Positions 29,223-39,573 of a DNA stretch of 64,000 nt are shown here, one piece after another (position 1 is the stretch's first letter; every line of letters starts with the position of its first letter). The stretch lies in NCBI GenBank assembly GCA_963667465.2, contig CAXXDN010000002.1:96001-160000 (forward strand), written 5' to 3'. Position numbers and translations under genes: made by a program. The notes under the pieces were generated by a model. That model saw only the letters and a program-made list of their open reading frames with translations, was not told where the DNA came from and made no database searches. This DNA is from Dehalococcoidia bacterium (GTDB lineage: Bacteria > Chloroflexota > Dehalococcoidia > UBA2979).

Positions 29223-29303
29223 CCCGCCTTCCTCGTCCGCCTCGGCGCGCTATGCTCCGCCGGACGAATTGAGGCGCGGTCGCTGTTCGCAGGAGGGCGT
29301 GCG

Positions 29304-29828
29304 ATGGCCGAGGGAGTCGATACGCTGGTCACGCCACAGATGCGCGAGGCGCTCGGCGTCTGGAGCGAGCCGTCGTGGTCGCTGCCGATCGAGACGTCCG
29401 ACATCCGCCGCTGGGCGATCGCGACCTACTACCCGGAGCAGCCGCCGCGCCTCTTCTGGGACGAGGAGTACGCGAAGACGACGCGCTGGGGCGGGATCAT
29501 CGCGCCTCCCGAGTTCAACCCCTTCGCCTGGATGATCGATACGCCGAAGGAGCGTCGGTTCTGGGACGCGGACAACAACCTGCCGCGCCCGTCACTCCCT
29601 CCCGACCCGAACCTGCCCGGTCAGCACGGCATGAACGGCGGGCAGGAGGATGTCTACGGGGTTCCGATGCGGCCCGGCGACACCATCGCGGAGACGTTCG
29701 CGCTGACGAAGTGGGACGAGCGCACGGGCCGCCTCGGCCTGACGCTGTTCACCTACACGAGCATTCGCTGGGAGAACCAGCACGGCGAGCTCGTGCGCCT
29801 GCGCACCTCGATCAACATCCGCTACTAG
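29304..29828 (+). CDS. MaoC/FAS1-like dehydratase N-terminal domain protein
   Basis: IETSDIRRWA, DEEYAK.TRWGGIIAP, NGG.E, RPGD, NQHGELV. Confidence 0.8.
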   Translation: MAEGVDTLVTPQMREALGVWSEPSWSLPIETSDIRRWAIATYYPEQPPRLFWDEEYAKTTRWGGIIAPPEFNPFAWMIDTPKERRFWDADNNLPRPSLPPDPNLPGQHGMNGGQEDVYGVPMRPGDTIAETFALTKWDERTGRLGLTLFTYTSIRWENQHGELVRLRTSINIRY

Positions 29829-29835
29829 GTTCCGG

Positions 29836-30090
29836 GCGACCCGGCTCCCCCGCACCCTTGCCCTCTCCCGCCAGGGGAGAGGGGACTGGAGGGCGCTGCG
29901 GCGACCGGGGTCCCCCTCTCCCTCGCCCTCTCCCGCCAGGGGAGAGGGGACCGGAGGGCGCTGCGACCGGGATCCCCTTCACCCGCGCCCTCTCCCGCCA
30001 GGGGAGAGGGGACTGGAGGGCGCTGCGGCGACCCGGCTCCCCCGCACCCTCGCCCTCTGCCGCCAGGGGAGAGGGGATTCGGAGGGCGCT
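29836..30090 (+). repeat. Cluster of four REP-like units (62-65 bp period)
   Basis: Hairpin core CCCTCTCCC-gccag-GGGAGAGGG at 29861, 29926, 29988 and 30053 (one mismatch). Confidence 0.9.
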
Positions 30091-30183
30091 CCCGCCCGGC
30101 GCGCCGCAATTCAGCGCGGCGCTGGTGTAGCATCGCCGCGGGCTTGCGTGCGGGCGCGAAGCGGCGCTTGAGGAGGCCGGCTG

Positions 30184-31158
30184 ATGGGGACGCCACCTAC
30201 CCAGGACGAGGTGCTTGGCTACTTCGATTCCCTGAGCAACTGGGGGCGCTGGGGGGATGACGACCTCCTCGGCACGCTCAACCTGATCACTCCTGAGAAG
30301 CGCAGGCAAGCCGCCTTGCTGGTGCAGGAGGGCGTCAGCGTCTCCTGCTCCCGCCAGATCCCCTACCCGGGCCCGATGGCGATGGGCGCCTCCAACCCGC
30401 TGGTCCACATGGTCCAGACCGGCGAGCGTTACGCCCTCGGCGACAACCCCGGCCATCCGCTCTTTCCCGGTGTCGAGATGCTCGAGTGGGCCGCGGAGCA
30501 CGTTGCCTTCGTCTTCCACGGCATGGTCTTCACGCACATCGACGGTCTCGCGCACGTCTTCTTCAAGGGCCAGATGTACAACGGCCGCCCCGCCGCGCTG
30601 GTCAAGGCTTCCGAGGGCGCCACGGTCCAGACCTCGGACGTAATGAAGGACGGGATTATGAGCCGCGGCGTGCTGCTCGACGTTGCCCGGGTGAAGGGCG
30701 TCACCACGCTCGAGCCCGGCGATCACGTCTTCCCCGAGGACCTCGAGGCTGCCGAGGAGGCGCAGGGCGTGCGCGTGGAGCCGGGCGACGTACTGCTGCT
30801 GCGCACCGGCCACGGCGCGGCGGTCGATGCGGCCGCAGCCTCGGGCGCGGAGCCGCCGCACGAGCACTCCGGCTACAACGCGGCCTGCCTGCCCTGGATC
30901 CGCGAGCGGGACGTCGCGCTGCTCGGCTCGGACGTGATCCAGGACGCGACACCGCCCGGCGACTTCCCAAAGACGATGCTCCCGGTGCACCAGGTCTCGC
31001 TGGTCGCGCTCGGCCTGCGCCTGATCGACAACGGCCACCTCGAGCGGCTCGCCGAGGCCTGCGCGGAGCGCAACCGCTGGGAGTTCTGCCTGACGCTGAA
31101 CCCGCTGCGCCTCGCGCAAGGGACCGGCTCGCCCGCCAACCCGATCGCGACGTTCTAG
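30184..31158 (+). CDS. Cyclase family (kynurenine formamidase-like) protein
   Basis: NWGRWGDDD.LGTLN, HG..THIDGLAH, RGVLLD, GDVLLLRTG, GTGSPANPIA. Confidence 0.92.
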   Translation: MGTPPTQDEVLGYFDSLSNWGRWGDDDLLGTLNLITPEKRRQAALLVQEGVSVSCSRQIPYPGPMAMGASNPLVHMVQTGERYALGDNPGHPLFPGVEMLEWAAEHVAFVFHGMVFTHIDGLAHVFFKGQMYNGRPAALVKASEGATVQTSDVMKDGIMSRGVLLDVARVKGVTTLEPGDHVFPEDLEAAEEAQGVRVEPGDVLLLRTGHGAAVDAAAASGAEPPHEHSGYNAACLPWIRERDVALLGSDVIQDATPPGDFPKTMLPVHQVSLVALGLRLIDNGHLERLAEACAERNRWEFCLTLNPLRLAQGTGSPANPIATF

Positions 31159-31170
31159 CCTCGAGGCGGC

Positions 31171-32892
31171 ATGTCGCCGGAAACAGCAGCGCCCGCCCCT
31201 GAGCCGTCGGCGATCTACGCGATCGCCAGCGACTACGTCGAGCGGCTCGCAGAGCTGCACCCCAACGCCGCGACCGCGATGGGCATCCCCGGCCATGAGG
31301 AGCGGCTGACCGACTTCTCGCCCGCGGGCCACGAGGCGCGGACGGCGCTCGATCGCGAGACGCTGAGCGCCCTCGAGGCGGCGGAGCCGGAGGACGACCG
31401 CGACCGCGTCGCCCGCGAGGCGATGTCCGAGCGGCTGCGACTCGCGCTCGAACTCGCCGCCGCCGGCGAGCACTACCGGGGCCTCAACATCCTCGCCAGC
31501 CCGTTCCAGGCGACGCGGCGCGTCTTCGACCTAATGCCGCGCGCGACCGAGCAGGATTGGGCCCACATCGCCCGGCGTCTGGCGAGCGTCCCGGAGGCGT
31601 ACAGTCGCTACCGCGACACGCTGGAGGAGGGCATCCGGCGCGAGCGCGTCGCGTCGCGGCGGCAGGTCGAGGCTTGCGCCCGGCAGGCCGAGGTCTGGAG
31701 CGGCCACGGCGAGGGCGCGGCCAGCTTTTTCCACGCCCTCGCCGACGAGTTCGAACGCTCCGGCATCGAGTCGCCGGGGCTGGCGGTGGAGCTGCGCAAC
31801 GCCGCCGGAGGGGCGAGCGGCGCCTGCGCCGCCTTCGGCCGCTACCTGCGCCAGCGCTACCTCCAGCTCGCGAGGCCCCGCGACGCCGTCGGACCGGACC
31901 GCTACGCCCTCGGCGCGCGCGTCTACAACGGCGACACGTTCGACCTGCACGAGACGTACGACTGGGGCTGGGAGGAGCTGCGGCGCATCGAGGGCCGCAT
32001 GGCGGAGGTCGCCGAGCGGATCCTGCCCGGCGAGGGTGTCGAGGCGGCGAAGGAGCTGCTCGAGACGGACCCGGACCGCGCCATCGAGGGAGTCGACGAG
32101 TTCCAGCGCTGGATGCAGGAGCTGCAGGACTCGACGATCGCCGAGCTGCACGGGCGGCACTTCGAGATCCCCGAGCCGGTGCGCCGCATCGAGGCGCTGA
32201 TCGCGCCGCCCGGCGGCGCGCTCGCGATGTACTACACGGGGCCCTCGGAGGACTTCAGCCGGCCCGGCCGGACCTGGTACCCGACGGGCGGCAAGACGCG
32301 CTTCCCGCTCTGGGGCGAGGTCTCGATCGCCTACCACGAGGGTGTCCCCGGGCACCACCTGCAGATCGGGACGACGACCTGGCTGGCAGGGCTGCTCTCG
32401 CGCTGGCAGCGGCTGATCGGCGGCACGTCGGGCTATGTCGAGGGCTGGGCGCTGTACGCCGAGCAGCTGATGGGCGAGCTCGGTTACCTCGACAATCCGG
32501 ACTACGAGCTGGGGATGCTGCGTGCGCAGGCGCTGCGCTGCGTACGCGTCGTCATCGACATCGGCATGCACCTCGAACTCTCGATCCCCGAGGGCGACGC
32601 GTCGGGCGGCTTCCACCCCGGCGCACGCTGGAACGCGGCGCTGGGCCTGGAGTTCCTCGAGCAGCGCAGCCACTTCCCCGCCGACTTCGTCGCCAGCGAG
32701 GTCGACCGCTACCTCGGCCTGCCGGGGCAGGCGATCAGCTACAAGGTGGGCGAACGCGCCTGGCTCGAGGCGCGCGAGGCAGCGCGTCGCGCCCTCGGCG
32801 ATACGTTCGACCTCAAGGCCTTCCACGCGCGCGCGTTCGAGCTGGGCCCGATGGGCCTCGCGCTGATGCGCCGCGAGCTGGGCGGAGCGTGA
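31171..32892 (+). CDS. DUF885 domain protein
   Basis: YHEGVPGHHLQ, EGWALYAE, EVDRY..PGQAISYKVG, FDLKAFH. Confidence 0.92.
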   Translation: MSPETAAPAPEPSAIYAIASDYVERLAELHPNAATAMGIPGHEERLTDFSPAGHEARTALDRETLSALEAAEPEDDRDRVAREAMSERLRLALELAAAGEHYRGLNILASPFQATRRVFDLMPRATEQDWAHIARRLASVPEAYSRYRDTLEEGIRRERVASRRQVEACARQAEVWSGHGEGAASFFHALADEFERSGIESPGLAVELRNAAGGASGACAAFGRYLRQRYLQLARPRDAVGPDRYALGARVYNGDTFDLHETYDWGWEELRRIEGRMAEVAERILPGEGVEAAKELLETDPDRAIEGVDEFQRWMQELQDSTIAELHGRHFEIPEPVRRIEALIAPPGGALAMYYTGPSEDFSRPGRTWYPTGGKTRFPLWGEVSIAYHEGVPGHHLQIGTTTWLAGLLSRWQRLIGGTSGYVEGWALYAEQLMGELGYLDNPDYELGMLRAQALRCVRVVIDIGMHLELSIPEGDASGGFHPGARWNAALGLEFLEQRSHFPADFVASEVDRYLGLPGQAISYKVGERAWLEAREAARRALGDTFDLKAFHARAFELGPMGLALMRRELGGA

Positions 32893-32995
32893 CGGTCCCG
32901 GCGAGCACCGCGCCACACAGGACGCCCCGGCGGCGTATGATGGCGCGGCGAAGCGCCCAGAGCGGCGAGGTCCGGAGAGGACGAACGGCGCGCCG

Positions 32996-33772
32996 ATGAG
33001 TGAACTGCTGTACGAGAAGCACGACGGCTACGCGATCTTCACGCTCAACCGCCCGGAGCGGCTGAACGCCCTCGGCGGCGGGGTGATGGAGGCCCTCGAC
33101 GAAGCGATCGAGGACTTCAACAGCGATCCAGAGATGCGTGCGGGGATCCTGACCGGGACCGGGCGCGCGTTCTGCGCCGGCATGGACCTGAAGGAGGCCG
33201 CGGACCGCGCCGCGAGCGGGGACGCCGTCACCGGGGTTCGCCCGGAGGGGCGCGTGGAGCTGATGGGGTTCTCGCGCAGTTCCAAGCCGTTCATCGCGGC
33301 GATCAACGGGCTCGCGATCGGCGGCGGCTGCGAGATCGCCCTCGACTGCGACATCCGCATCATGTCATCCGATGCCTACATCGGGCTGTTCGAGCCCAAG
33401 CGCGGAATCATGGCCGGCTACGCGATGCACCACCTGCCGCGGATCGTCGGCTCCACGGCCGCCGCCTACATGCTGCTCACCGCCGACGGCATCGAGGCCG
33501 AGCAAGCCCTCGAGTGGGGTGTCGTCAGCGAGGTTGTCGAGCCGGAGCGGCTGATCCCGCGGGCGGTGGAGATCGCGGGGATGATCGCCGAAAATGCCCC
33601 GCTCTCCGTGCGTGGCACCAAGGCCGAGCTTCAGGCGTGGCGCATGGCGAGCATCGACGACAACTACCGGCTCTATCAGTGGATCGACGCGGTCGTCCTC
33701 GATTCCGAGGACGCGCGGGAGGGGCCGCAGGCCTTCGCGGAGAAGCGCGACCCCGTCTGGCAGGGGCGCTAA
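32996..33772 (+). CDS. Enoyl-CoA hydratase/isomerase
   Basis: LNRPERLNAL, FCAGMDL, KPFIAAING, GGGCE, AFAEKR. Confidence 0.92.
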   Translation: MSELLYEKHDGYAIFTLNRPERLNALGGGVMEALDEAIEDFNSDPEMRAGILTGTGRAFCAGMDLKEAADRAASGDAVTGVRPEGRVELMGFSRSSKPFIAAINGLAIGGGCEIALDCDIRIMSSDAYIGLFEPKRGIMAGYAMHHLPRIVGSTAAAYMLLTADGIEAEQALEWGVVSEVVEPERLIPRAVEIAGMIAENAPLSVRGTKAELQAWRMASIDDNYRLYQWIDAVVLDSEDAREGPQAFAEKRDPVWQGR

Positions 33773-33795
33773 GCGCCCGCCGCGGCGAAGCAAGA

Positions 33796-33847
33796 GACAG
33801 CAGGAGCAAAGGGACAGCAGGAGCAAAGGGACAGCAGGAGCAAAGGG
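33796..33847 (+). repeat. 3 x 17-bp perfect tandem repeat
   Basis: GACAGCAGGAGCAAAGG at 33796, 33813, 33830. Confidence 0.95.
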
Positions 33848-33875
33848 AATATCGCAAGGCAGACAAGGGGGAACC

Positions 33876-34652
33876 ATGCCTGACGCGTTGTACGAGAAGC
33901 GGGACTTCTACGCGATCTTCACGCTCAACCGGCCCGAGCGGCTCAACGCCCTCGGAGGCCAGTTGCGCGCCGAGATGGCCGAGCACGTCGACGACTTCAA
34001 CGCAGACCCCAACATGCGGGTCGGCATCCTCACCGGTGCGGGCCGCGCCTTCAGCGCCGGCATGGACCTGAAGGAGGCAGCGGACCGCGCCAACACCGGC
34101 GAGGGCGTCTCGCAGCGCCAGACCGGCCAGGTGCCGCGGCTGGTCTACTCCGGCAGCCCGAAGCCCTTCATCGCCGCGATCAACGGCCTCGCCGTTGGCG
34201 GCGGGCTGGAGCAGGCGCTGGACTGCGACATCCGGATCATTGCCTCGAACGCCTACGTCGGGCTGTTCGAGCCGCGGCGCGGCATCATCGCCGGCTACGC
34301 GATTCACCACCTTCCGAGGATCGTGAACCTCTCCGCCGCCAACCACGTGCTGCTCGTCGGCGACCGCGTGGAGCCGCAGCAGGCGCTGCAGTTCGGCATC
34401 GTCTCGGAGATCGTGGACCCGCCGGAGCAGCTGCTGCCTCGGGCGATCGAGCTGGCCGAGCAGATCGCCTCGAACGCACCGCTTTCGGTGCAGGCGACGA
34501 AGGCGATGATCCAGGCCTGGCGAATGGCGAAGATCGACGACTCCTACCGCCTCGGCTCGTGGCTGTCGCTACCGGTCATCAATTCCGAGGACATCAAGGA
34601 GGGCGCGCGCGCCTTCGCCGAGAAGCGCGAACCGAACTGGCAGGGGCGATAG
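33876..34652 (+). CDS. Enoyl-CoA hydratase/isomerase (tandem paralog)
   Basis: Same motifs as the upstream gene; both end in P.WQGR. Confidence 0.92.
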   Translation: MPDALYEKRDFYAIFTLNRPERLNALGGQLRAEMAEHVDDFNADPNMRVGILTGAGRAFSAGMDLKEAADRANTGEGVSQRQTGQVPRLVYSGSPKPFIAAINGLAVGGGLEQALDCDIRIIASNAYVGLFEPRRGIIAGYAIHHLPRIVNLSAANHVLLVGDRVEPQQALQFGIVSEIVDPPEQLLPRAIELAEQIASNAPLSVQATKAMIQAWRMAKIDDSYRLGSWLSLPVINSEDIKEGARAFAEKREPNWQGR

Positions 34653-34659
34653 CCTCCCG

Positions 34660-35205
34660 TCGCCAGGCCCACTCGGAGGGCCTGTGCAGCTCCCTGCCCG
34701 ATGGCAGGGCGCTGCCTGGCGGGGACTGGCACGCCCGGAGTTGCTCGCTCCGCAGCACGTGGCGCCGGGAGGGGGCCCTGACCAGCGTGGAGCCTGGCCG
34801 GGCCGTCGCGGGGTGCACAAGACCACTTCCACCCGTGCGCTCGGGCGAGGAACAGGGGCTTCTCGAGATCGCTGTCGTTCGATACGGCGACCGCTGCATC
34901 GATCGTGCCGTCGTACGCGTCACCCAACAGCTGGGCGGCAAGGTTGGCGTCGGACGCCTTCTCGCGGGTTCGGTGAACCTCGACACGGTCGCGCAGCGAG
35001 CCGTGCGTGGGGCGCGCCATGACCTTGTCCGGGCGCAACTTCCCGAGTACGACCTCGACACCCGAGGAACGGAGGGCGGCGAGCAATCGCTGTTGCCTTG
35101 ACGGCGCCCCTTGTCAAGAGGCATGGGGTGCACGTTCGCGGTGAAGTAGCAGGTAAGCTCGATCGACAGGTCGGGAAGCAACGCTCCCCACAGTGCTGTG
35201 AAGTC
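34660..35205 (-). pseudogene. Frameshifted NYN-domain (LabA/DUF88) nuclease remnant
   Basis: Fragments in different frames: YFTANV; REKASDANLAAQLLGDAY..AAVAVSNDSDLEKPL; CQ.P..L; N-terminal DG.N motif absent. Confidence 0.75.
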
Positions 35206-35283
35206 GCGTCCGACAATTCAGCCGCTGCGCGACGATAGACACGCGACCGTGATGCCGATGCTGACGAGGGACAAGCAGGCAAC

Positions 35284-37236
35284 ATGATCTGGTTGAGGCG
35301 GGTTGCCGCCGGTGCCCTCGGCGTTCCCTTGCTGGCGCTCCTGCTGCTTCCCACCCTGACCCTGCAGAGCGTGAACGGCACCGTCCTCAACCCGGACTTC
35401 TACGCGGACCGGCTCAAGGAGGCCGACGTCTACGGCTTCGTCATGGGCAGCGCCCTCACGTCGGCCGTCGACGAGGCGCGTGAGGAGAATCCCAACGAGG
35501 CCGGGGTCGACCTGCGAGAGAATCCCGTCGAGGCGTCCGGCCTCTCCACCGCCCAGGTTGTCGAGGCCGCGCAGCGCGCCCTCTCTCCCGATGATCTCGA
35601 GGCGCTGGTCACCCCCGCCATCCTCGAGGCCGGTGGGTATGCCACGGGTCGCAGCGACGGCTTCACCATCGACCTGCCGCTGGCGGAGACCATCCGCGAC
35701 GTGGTGGACGAGTTGCTTGCGCTGCTGCGCGAGGCCGGCGCCTACGAGCGGCTGCTCGATCAGGAGCTGGAGCCGAGGATCCGTGAGGCGGCAGGCGAGG
35801 CGCTCGCCCCGGGCAGCGACTCCCCCGGCTGGATGCAGCGCCTCTTCGGCAGCGACGAGGAGGCCGGAGGCAGGCTCGCCGCTGTGATCCTGAGCGTCGT
35901 CACTCCTGAGTGGTTTCAGGACCAGGTCGAGCAGATCGTGAACCAGCTCACGGGCTACCTCGTCGGCGAGTCCGACAGCTTCGAGATCGAGGTCCGCCTC
36001 AGCGACGCGCAGGTGGACGCGGCCGTCGATGAGCTCAAGTCCGTCCTTGGCGAGACCGACGCCGCCGAACTTGTGTACACAGACATCCTCGACCCCGCCG
36101 TTGACGACGGCGTCGAAGAGGCGATCGTGCTGCCGTACGGCGTCGAGGTCAGCCGCGAGGAGATTAAGCGCGTCCTGCGCGAGGTGGCTCCGGCGGACTG
36201 GGTGCAGCAGCAGGCAGAGCTGCTCATCGAGGACGTGAGCGCCTACGTGACCGGACGTTCGGAGGGATTCACCACCTCGATCTCGCTGGCCGGGCACAAG
36301 GACGCGGCTGCCGGCCTGCTGACCGAGCTCGCTGTCGCCAGGGTCGAGGAGTCGGTACGGGGCCTCCCCGCGTGCCCGCCGGATGCCGAGGCGAGCGCGC
36401 TCGCCGCCCTCGGGAGCGGGAGGCTCCCGGACTGCCTTCCGCCGGGGGTTCCGGCCGACGATCTGCTTGCCGACGCGCAGGCTGCCATCGCCGGCGCGAT
36501 CTCCGAGCTGGTGCTGGAAACCGTTCCGGACGCCGTGACCTACACGGACGCGGACCTGCGGCTGGAAGTACGCGAGGATGGCGGCCCCGCAGCCCTCGAC
36601 GCGCTCGACGACAGCCGCGAGCTGCTCGCCAGCGGCTGGTCCTACAGCGAGCGCGACCTGCGCGCCGGCCTCGCCGCTGATCCCGAGGTGCTGCGCAACC
36701 TGGACCGGGTCCGCGCATTCCTGGCCGACGGCTACGTCCACACGCCCGATGACCCGGCGGCGAGCGCGCTCGCCATGGCGCTGGACGGGATGCATGAGGC
36801 GTCGAGCGCGGTTCGCAGCGGCGGCCGGGGCGCCTGGCTGATCGTGGCGGTCCTGCTCGTGGCGATCGGCGCACTGGGCGGGACGAGCTGGGCCGGCCGG
36901 GTGGCGTGGGCGTCGGCAGCCCTGCTCGCCAGTGTCGTCGTGGTGCTGATCCTCTTCTGGCCCGTCTACGAGGGCATCTCGGGGACGCTGGTCGAGCTGG
37001 CTCGCGAGGAGATCGCGGACTGGTCGGACGAGCAAGCGGGGCCCACCGAGCGTCTGCTCGCCGGCAAGGCTGTCGATGTCGCCGAGGGGGCCGCGGACGA
37101 GTTCGCCGAAGGCGTCCGGCGCTCGGGCCTCGTGCTTGCGATTGTCGCGCTGGCCGTCCTGCTCGCGGCGATCGTGAGCGGGCGGTTCAGCGGCTCGGAC
37201 CGCACGCTGCAGGAACAGGCGCTCGACGGGCGCTGA
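35284..37236 (+). CDS. Membrane protein of unknown function with internal repeats
   Basis: N-terminal TM, large acidic domain, three C-terminal TMs; GC3-consistent 650-aa ORF. Confidence 0.75.
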   Translation: MIWLRRVAAGALGVPLLALLLLPTLTLQSVNGTVLNPDFYADRLKEADVYGFVMGSALTSAVDEAREENPNEAGVDLRENPVEASGLSTAQVVEAAQRALSPDDLEALVTPAILEAGGYATGRSDGFTIDLPLAETIRDVVDELLALLREAGAYERLLDQELEPRIREAAGEALAPGSDSPGWMQRLFGSDEEAGGRLAAVILSVVTPEWFQDQVEQIVNQLTGYLVGESDSFEIEVRLSDAQVDAAVDELKSVLGETDAAELVYTDILDPAVDDGVEEAIVLPYGVEVSREEIKRVLREVAPADWVQQQAELLIEDVSAYVTGRSEGFTTSISLAGHKDAAAGLLTELAVARVEESVRGLPACPPDAEASALAALGSGRLPDCLPPGVPADDLLADAQAAIAGAISELVLETVPDAVTYTDADLRLEVREDGGPAALDALDDSRELLASGWSYSERDLRAGLAADPEVLRNLDRVRAFLADGYVHTPDDPAASALAMALDGMHEASSAVRSGGRGAWLIVAVLLVAIGALGGTSWAGRVAWASAALLASVVVVLILFWPVYEGISGTLVELAREEIADWSDEQAGPTERLLAGKAVDVAEGAADEFAEGVRRSGLVLAIVALAVLLAAIVSGRFSGSDRTLQEQALDGR

Positions 37237-37242
37237 CGCTGC

Positions 37243-38202
37243 CTACGGGCCCTCGATCACCCCGGCCTCGCGCAGCCGCACGATGGCGTTGCGCAGGGCC
37301 TCGTCTGGCTCGCGCTGGTTGATCTCGAAGGTGCGCGCGGCCGTCGCTGGCAGGCGTCCGGCGAGCCAGGCGAGGTCGACATCGCCGCGCCCGGGTGCGC
37401 GGTGGTCCTGCAGGCCGTCGACGTCGTGGAGGTGGCTGCCCAGCACGCGATCGCCCAGCAGGTCGAACCAGGCGTGGCGCTCTACCAGGCCCACGCGGTG
37501 CAGCACCTCGGCGTGCCCGACGTCGTGCCAGTATCCGGCAGTCTCCGCGGGGTACGGCTCAAGCAGTTCCGCGGCCTCCTCGGGGAGCGGGATCTGGTGG
37601 TAACGCAAGCGGCATTCGAGGCCGACCGCGACGCCCTTCGGCTCCGCATACGCCACCAGCTCGGCGAGTGAGCGCCGAGCCTGCGCGAGGTAGGGCGGCG
37701 CGCGCTGCGCACGTTCGCGGCGCGCCTCGAAGATCGCTTGCTCCCAGCCGTCTCCCGCGAGCTGCTGCCGCGGATACATCTCGCGCAGCCGCGTTGCGGC
37801 GCTGATCGCCCGGTCGCCCACAGAGCCGAGGTGCACGACCACCGAGTGCGCGCCCGCCTCGGCGGCGACGTCGATCGAGCGCTGCGTGTAGCGCACGGCC
37901 AGCGTGCGCTCGTCCTCGTCGGTGGCGGCGAGATTGAGGTCGCGGTTCCAGCCCCGCTGGCGATCGCGCTCCAGCGGTGCGGGCGCGTGCACGCCGGTCA
38001 CCGGCAGCGTCGCGTGGCCGAGGAGCGAGCCGATCTGCTCGGCGTCCATCGAGTGGTTGATCTCGATCGCCTCGTAGCCCAGCTCGGCGGCGCGCTCCAT
38101 AAAGGCGCCGAGGTCGCGCTCGAAGCGTGGCTGTACCGCCCACATCGTGCTCAGGGCCAGCAGTGGCCGCTGCGAGGCGCCGCCGGGACCGGGGGCGCTC
38201 AT
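37243..38202 (-). CDS. Sugar phosphate isomerase/epimerase (xylose isomerase-like TIM barrel)
   Basis: GYEAIE, VHAP, VVVHLG, LE, WHDVGHA, HLHD, DHRAPG.GDVD. Confidence 0.85.
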   Translation of the reverse strand: MSAPGPGGASQRPLLALSTMWAVQPRFERDLGAFMERAAELGYEAIEINHSMDAEQIGSLLGHATLPVTGVHAPAPLERDRQRGWNRDLNLAATDEDERTLAVRYTQRSIDVAAEAGAHSVVVHLGSVGDRAISAATRLREMYPRQQLAGDGWEQAIFEARRERAQRAPPYLAQARRSLAELVAYAEPKGVAVGLECRLRYHQIPLPEEAAELLEPYPAETAGYWHDVGHAEVLHRVGLVERHAWFDLLGDRVLGSHLHDVDGLQDHRAPGRGDVDLAWLAGRLPATAARTFEINQREPDEALRNAIVRLREAGVIEGP

Positions 38203-38233
38203 CGCGCCCCCTCGGCTTCAGGGTATTCGGGAC

Positions 38234-39364
38234 TCACGTTGTCGCGCGCTCCTCAACTATCGACTCTAGTTCGCGCTGCAGGTGCTCCAGCACCTCGTCG
38301 TAGGGGAAGGAGCCGACCGTCTCCGTGCCGCGCTTCAGGTTCACGGCCACCGGGCCGCACCAGAGGCCGAGGTCGGCGTCGTCCGTCTCGCCGGGGCCGT
38401 TCACACGGCAGCCCATCACGGCGATGGTGACATCGTGCTGCTTCGCCCAGGCCGTGATCTTGCGCACGTCCTGCGCCAGCTCGATGAACGCCTCGTTCTC
38501 CACGCGCGAGCAGGAGGGGCAGGAGATGATGTTCAGTCCGTCGTCGAGCACGGTCGGCATCGAGCGGAAGCGTCCCGACTCGATGTCGGCGAGGATGCGC
38601 CGCCCGGCGTCGATCTCCGTGCCCTTGTCCTCGAACGGCAGGGTCAGCGACACGCGCACTGTGTCGCCGATGCCCTCCGGCACCAGTTGCTCGAAGGCCA
38701 GGCGCGTCTTGATCTCGCCCTCCGGCAGCATGCCGGCCTCGGTCACCCCGAGGTGCAGCGGCACGTCCGGACGCTGCGACGCGAAGCGGCGATTGCCCTC
38801 GACGACGTTGCGCCAGTCCGAGTCCTTGAGCGAGACGACGTAGCGCTCGAACCCGATGCTGTCGAGGATCTCGCAGTGCTCGAGCGCGCTGGCGACCATG
38901 GCGGCCACGTCGTCGTCGTGGGCCTCGATCTGCGCGGGGTCGACGGAGCCGCAGTTGACGCCGACGCGCAGCGCGCAGTCGTTCGCCTCGGCGGTCTCGG
39001 CGATGAAGGCGACCTTGTCGCGCACGGGCTTGTCGCGCTCGTGGTGCCAGAGGTGGCCGGGGTTGTAGCGGATCTTGTTCACGTGCGGGGCGACGATGGT
39101 GGCGAGGCGGTAGTTCTCCTGCAGGTCCACGGAGAGCGTCGCCGTCGTGCGAGCGCGCACCTCGCCCAGCGCCTCGACGTCCTTCCGGGAGTCGACCGCG
39201 ATACGCACGATGTCGGCGCCGGCCTGCTCCAGCAGCTCGACCTGCCTGACGGTGGCCGCGATGTCCTGGGTCCTGGTGGCGGCCATCGACTGCACGGCGA
39301 TCGGCGCACCGCCGCCGATGGTGATCGGCCCAATGGATACGCCGCGTGTCGGATTGCGAGCCAC
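38234..39364 (-). CDS. ispG: (E)-4-hydroxy-3-methylbut-2-enyl diphosphate synthase
   Basis: [59 protein letters not shown]; GGAGG before GTG 39364. Confidence 0.95.
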   Translation of the reverse strand: MARNPTRGVSIGPITIGGGAPIAVQSMAATRTQDIAATVRQVELLEQAGADIVRIAVDSRKDVEALGEVRARTTATLSVDLQENYRLATIVAPHVNKIRYNPGHLWHHERDKPVRDKVAFIAETAEANDCALRVGVNCGSVDPAQIEAHDDDVAAMVASALEHCEILDSIGFERYVVSLKDSDWRNVVEGNRRFASQRPDVPLHLGVTEAGMLPEGEIKTRLAFEQLVPEGIGDTVRVSLTLPFEDKGTEIDAGRRILADIESGRFRSMPTVLDDGLNIISCPSCSRVENEAFIELAQDVRKITAWAKQHDVTIAVMGCRVNGPGETDDADLGLWCGPVAVNLKRGTETVGSFPYDEVLEHLQRELESIVEERATT

Positions 39365-39467
39365 TAGCCGGCCTCCATCACGACGATCGTCGGGGGCATC
39401 CGGTCGGCGTGTCAACCGGAACGCCCCGCGCGGCGGATTTCGCTGGTCACAATGGGGCGCCGCGGTC

Positions 39468-39511
39468 AACCACTGACTAGCGGAACAGCGAGTCTCCGCT
39501 GGCGATGCGCG
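39468..39511. repeat. Left 44-bp direct repeat (copy of rseP 3' end)
   Basis: AACCACTGACTAGCGGAACAGCGAGTCTCCGCTGGCGATGCGCG; 43/44 identical to 40170-40213. Confidence 0.95.
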
Positions 39512-39534
39512 TGGTCGATCGTGCCGCGCTGCGC

Positions 39535-39564
39535 TTGCAGCAACGTACGGTATAACCGTACATT
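39535..39564 (+). promoter_or_regulatory. higBA promoter with palindromic operator
   Basis: TTGCAG-N18-TACATT overlapping GTACGGT-ata-ACCGTAC. Confidence 0.6.
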
Positions 39565-39573
39565 AGGTTCTGG

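Noticed and set aside
29836-30090. CRISPR array (period 62-65 bp)
   Set aside because: The intervening sequences resemble each other (units 1 and 4 nearly identical), there are no cas genes, and a dispersed copy exists; this fits a REP-like family.
34660-35205. Programmed frameshifting or recoding of the NYN gene
   Set aside because: Several frame breaks and a missing N-terminal catalytic motif indicate decay.
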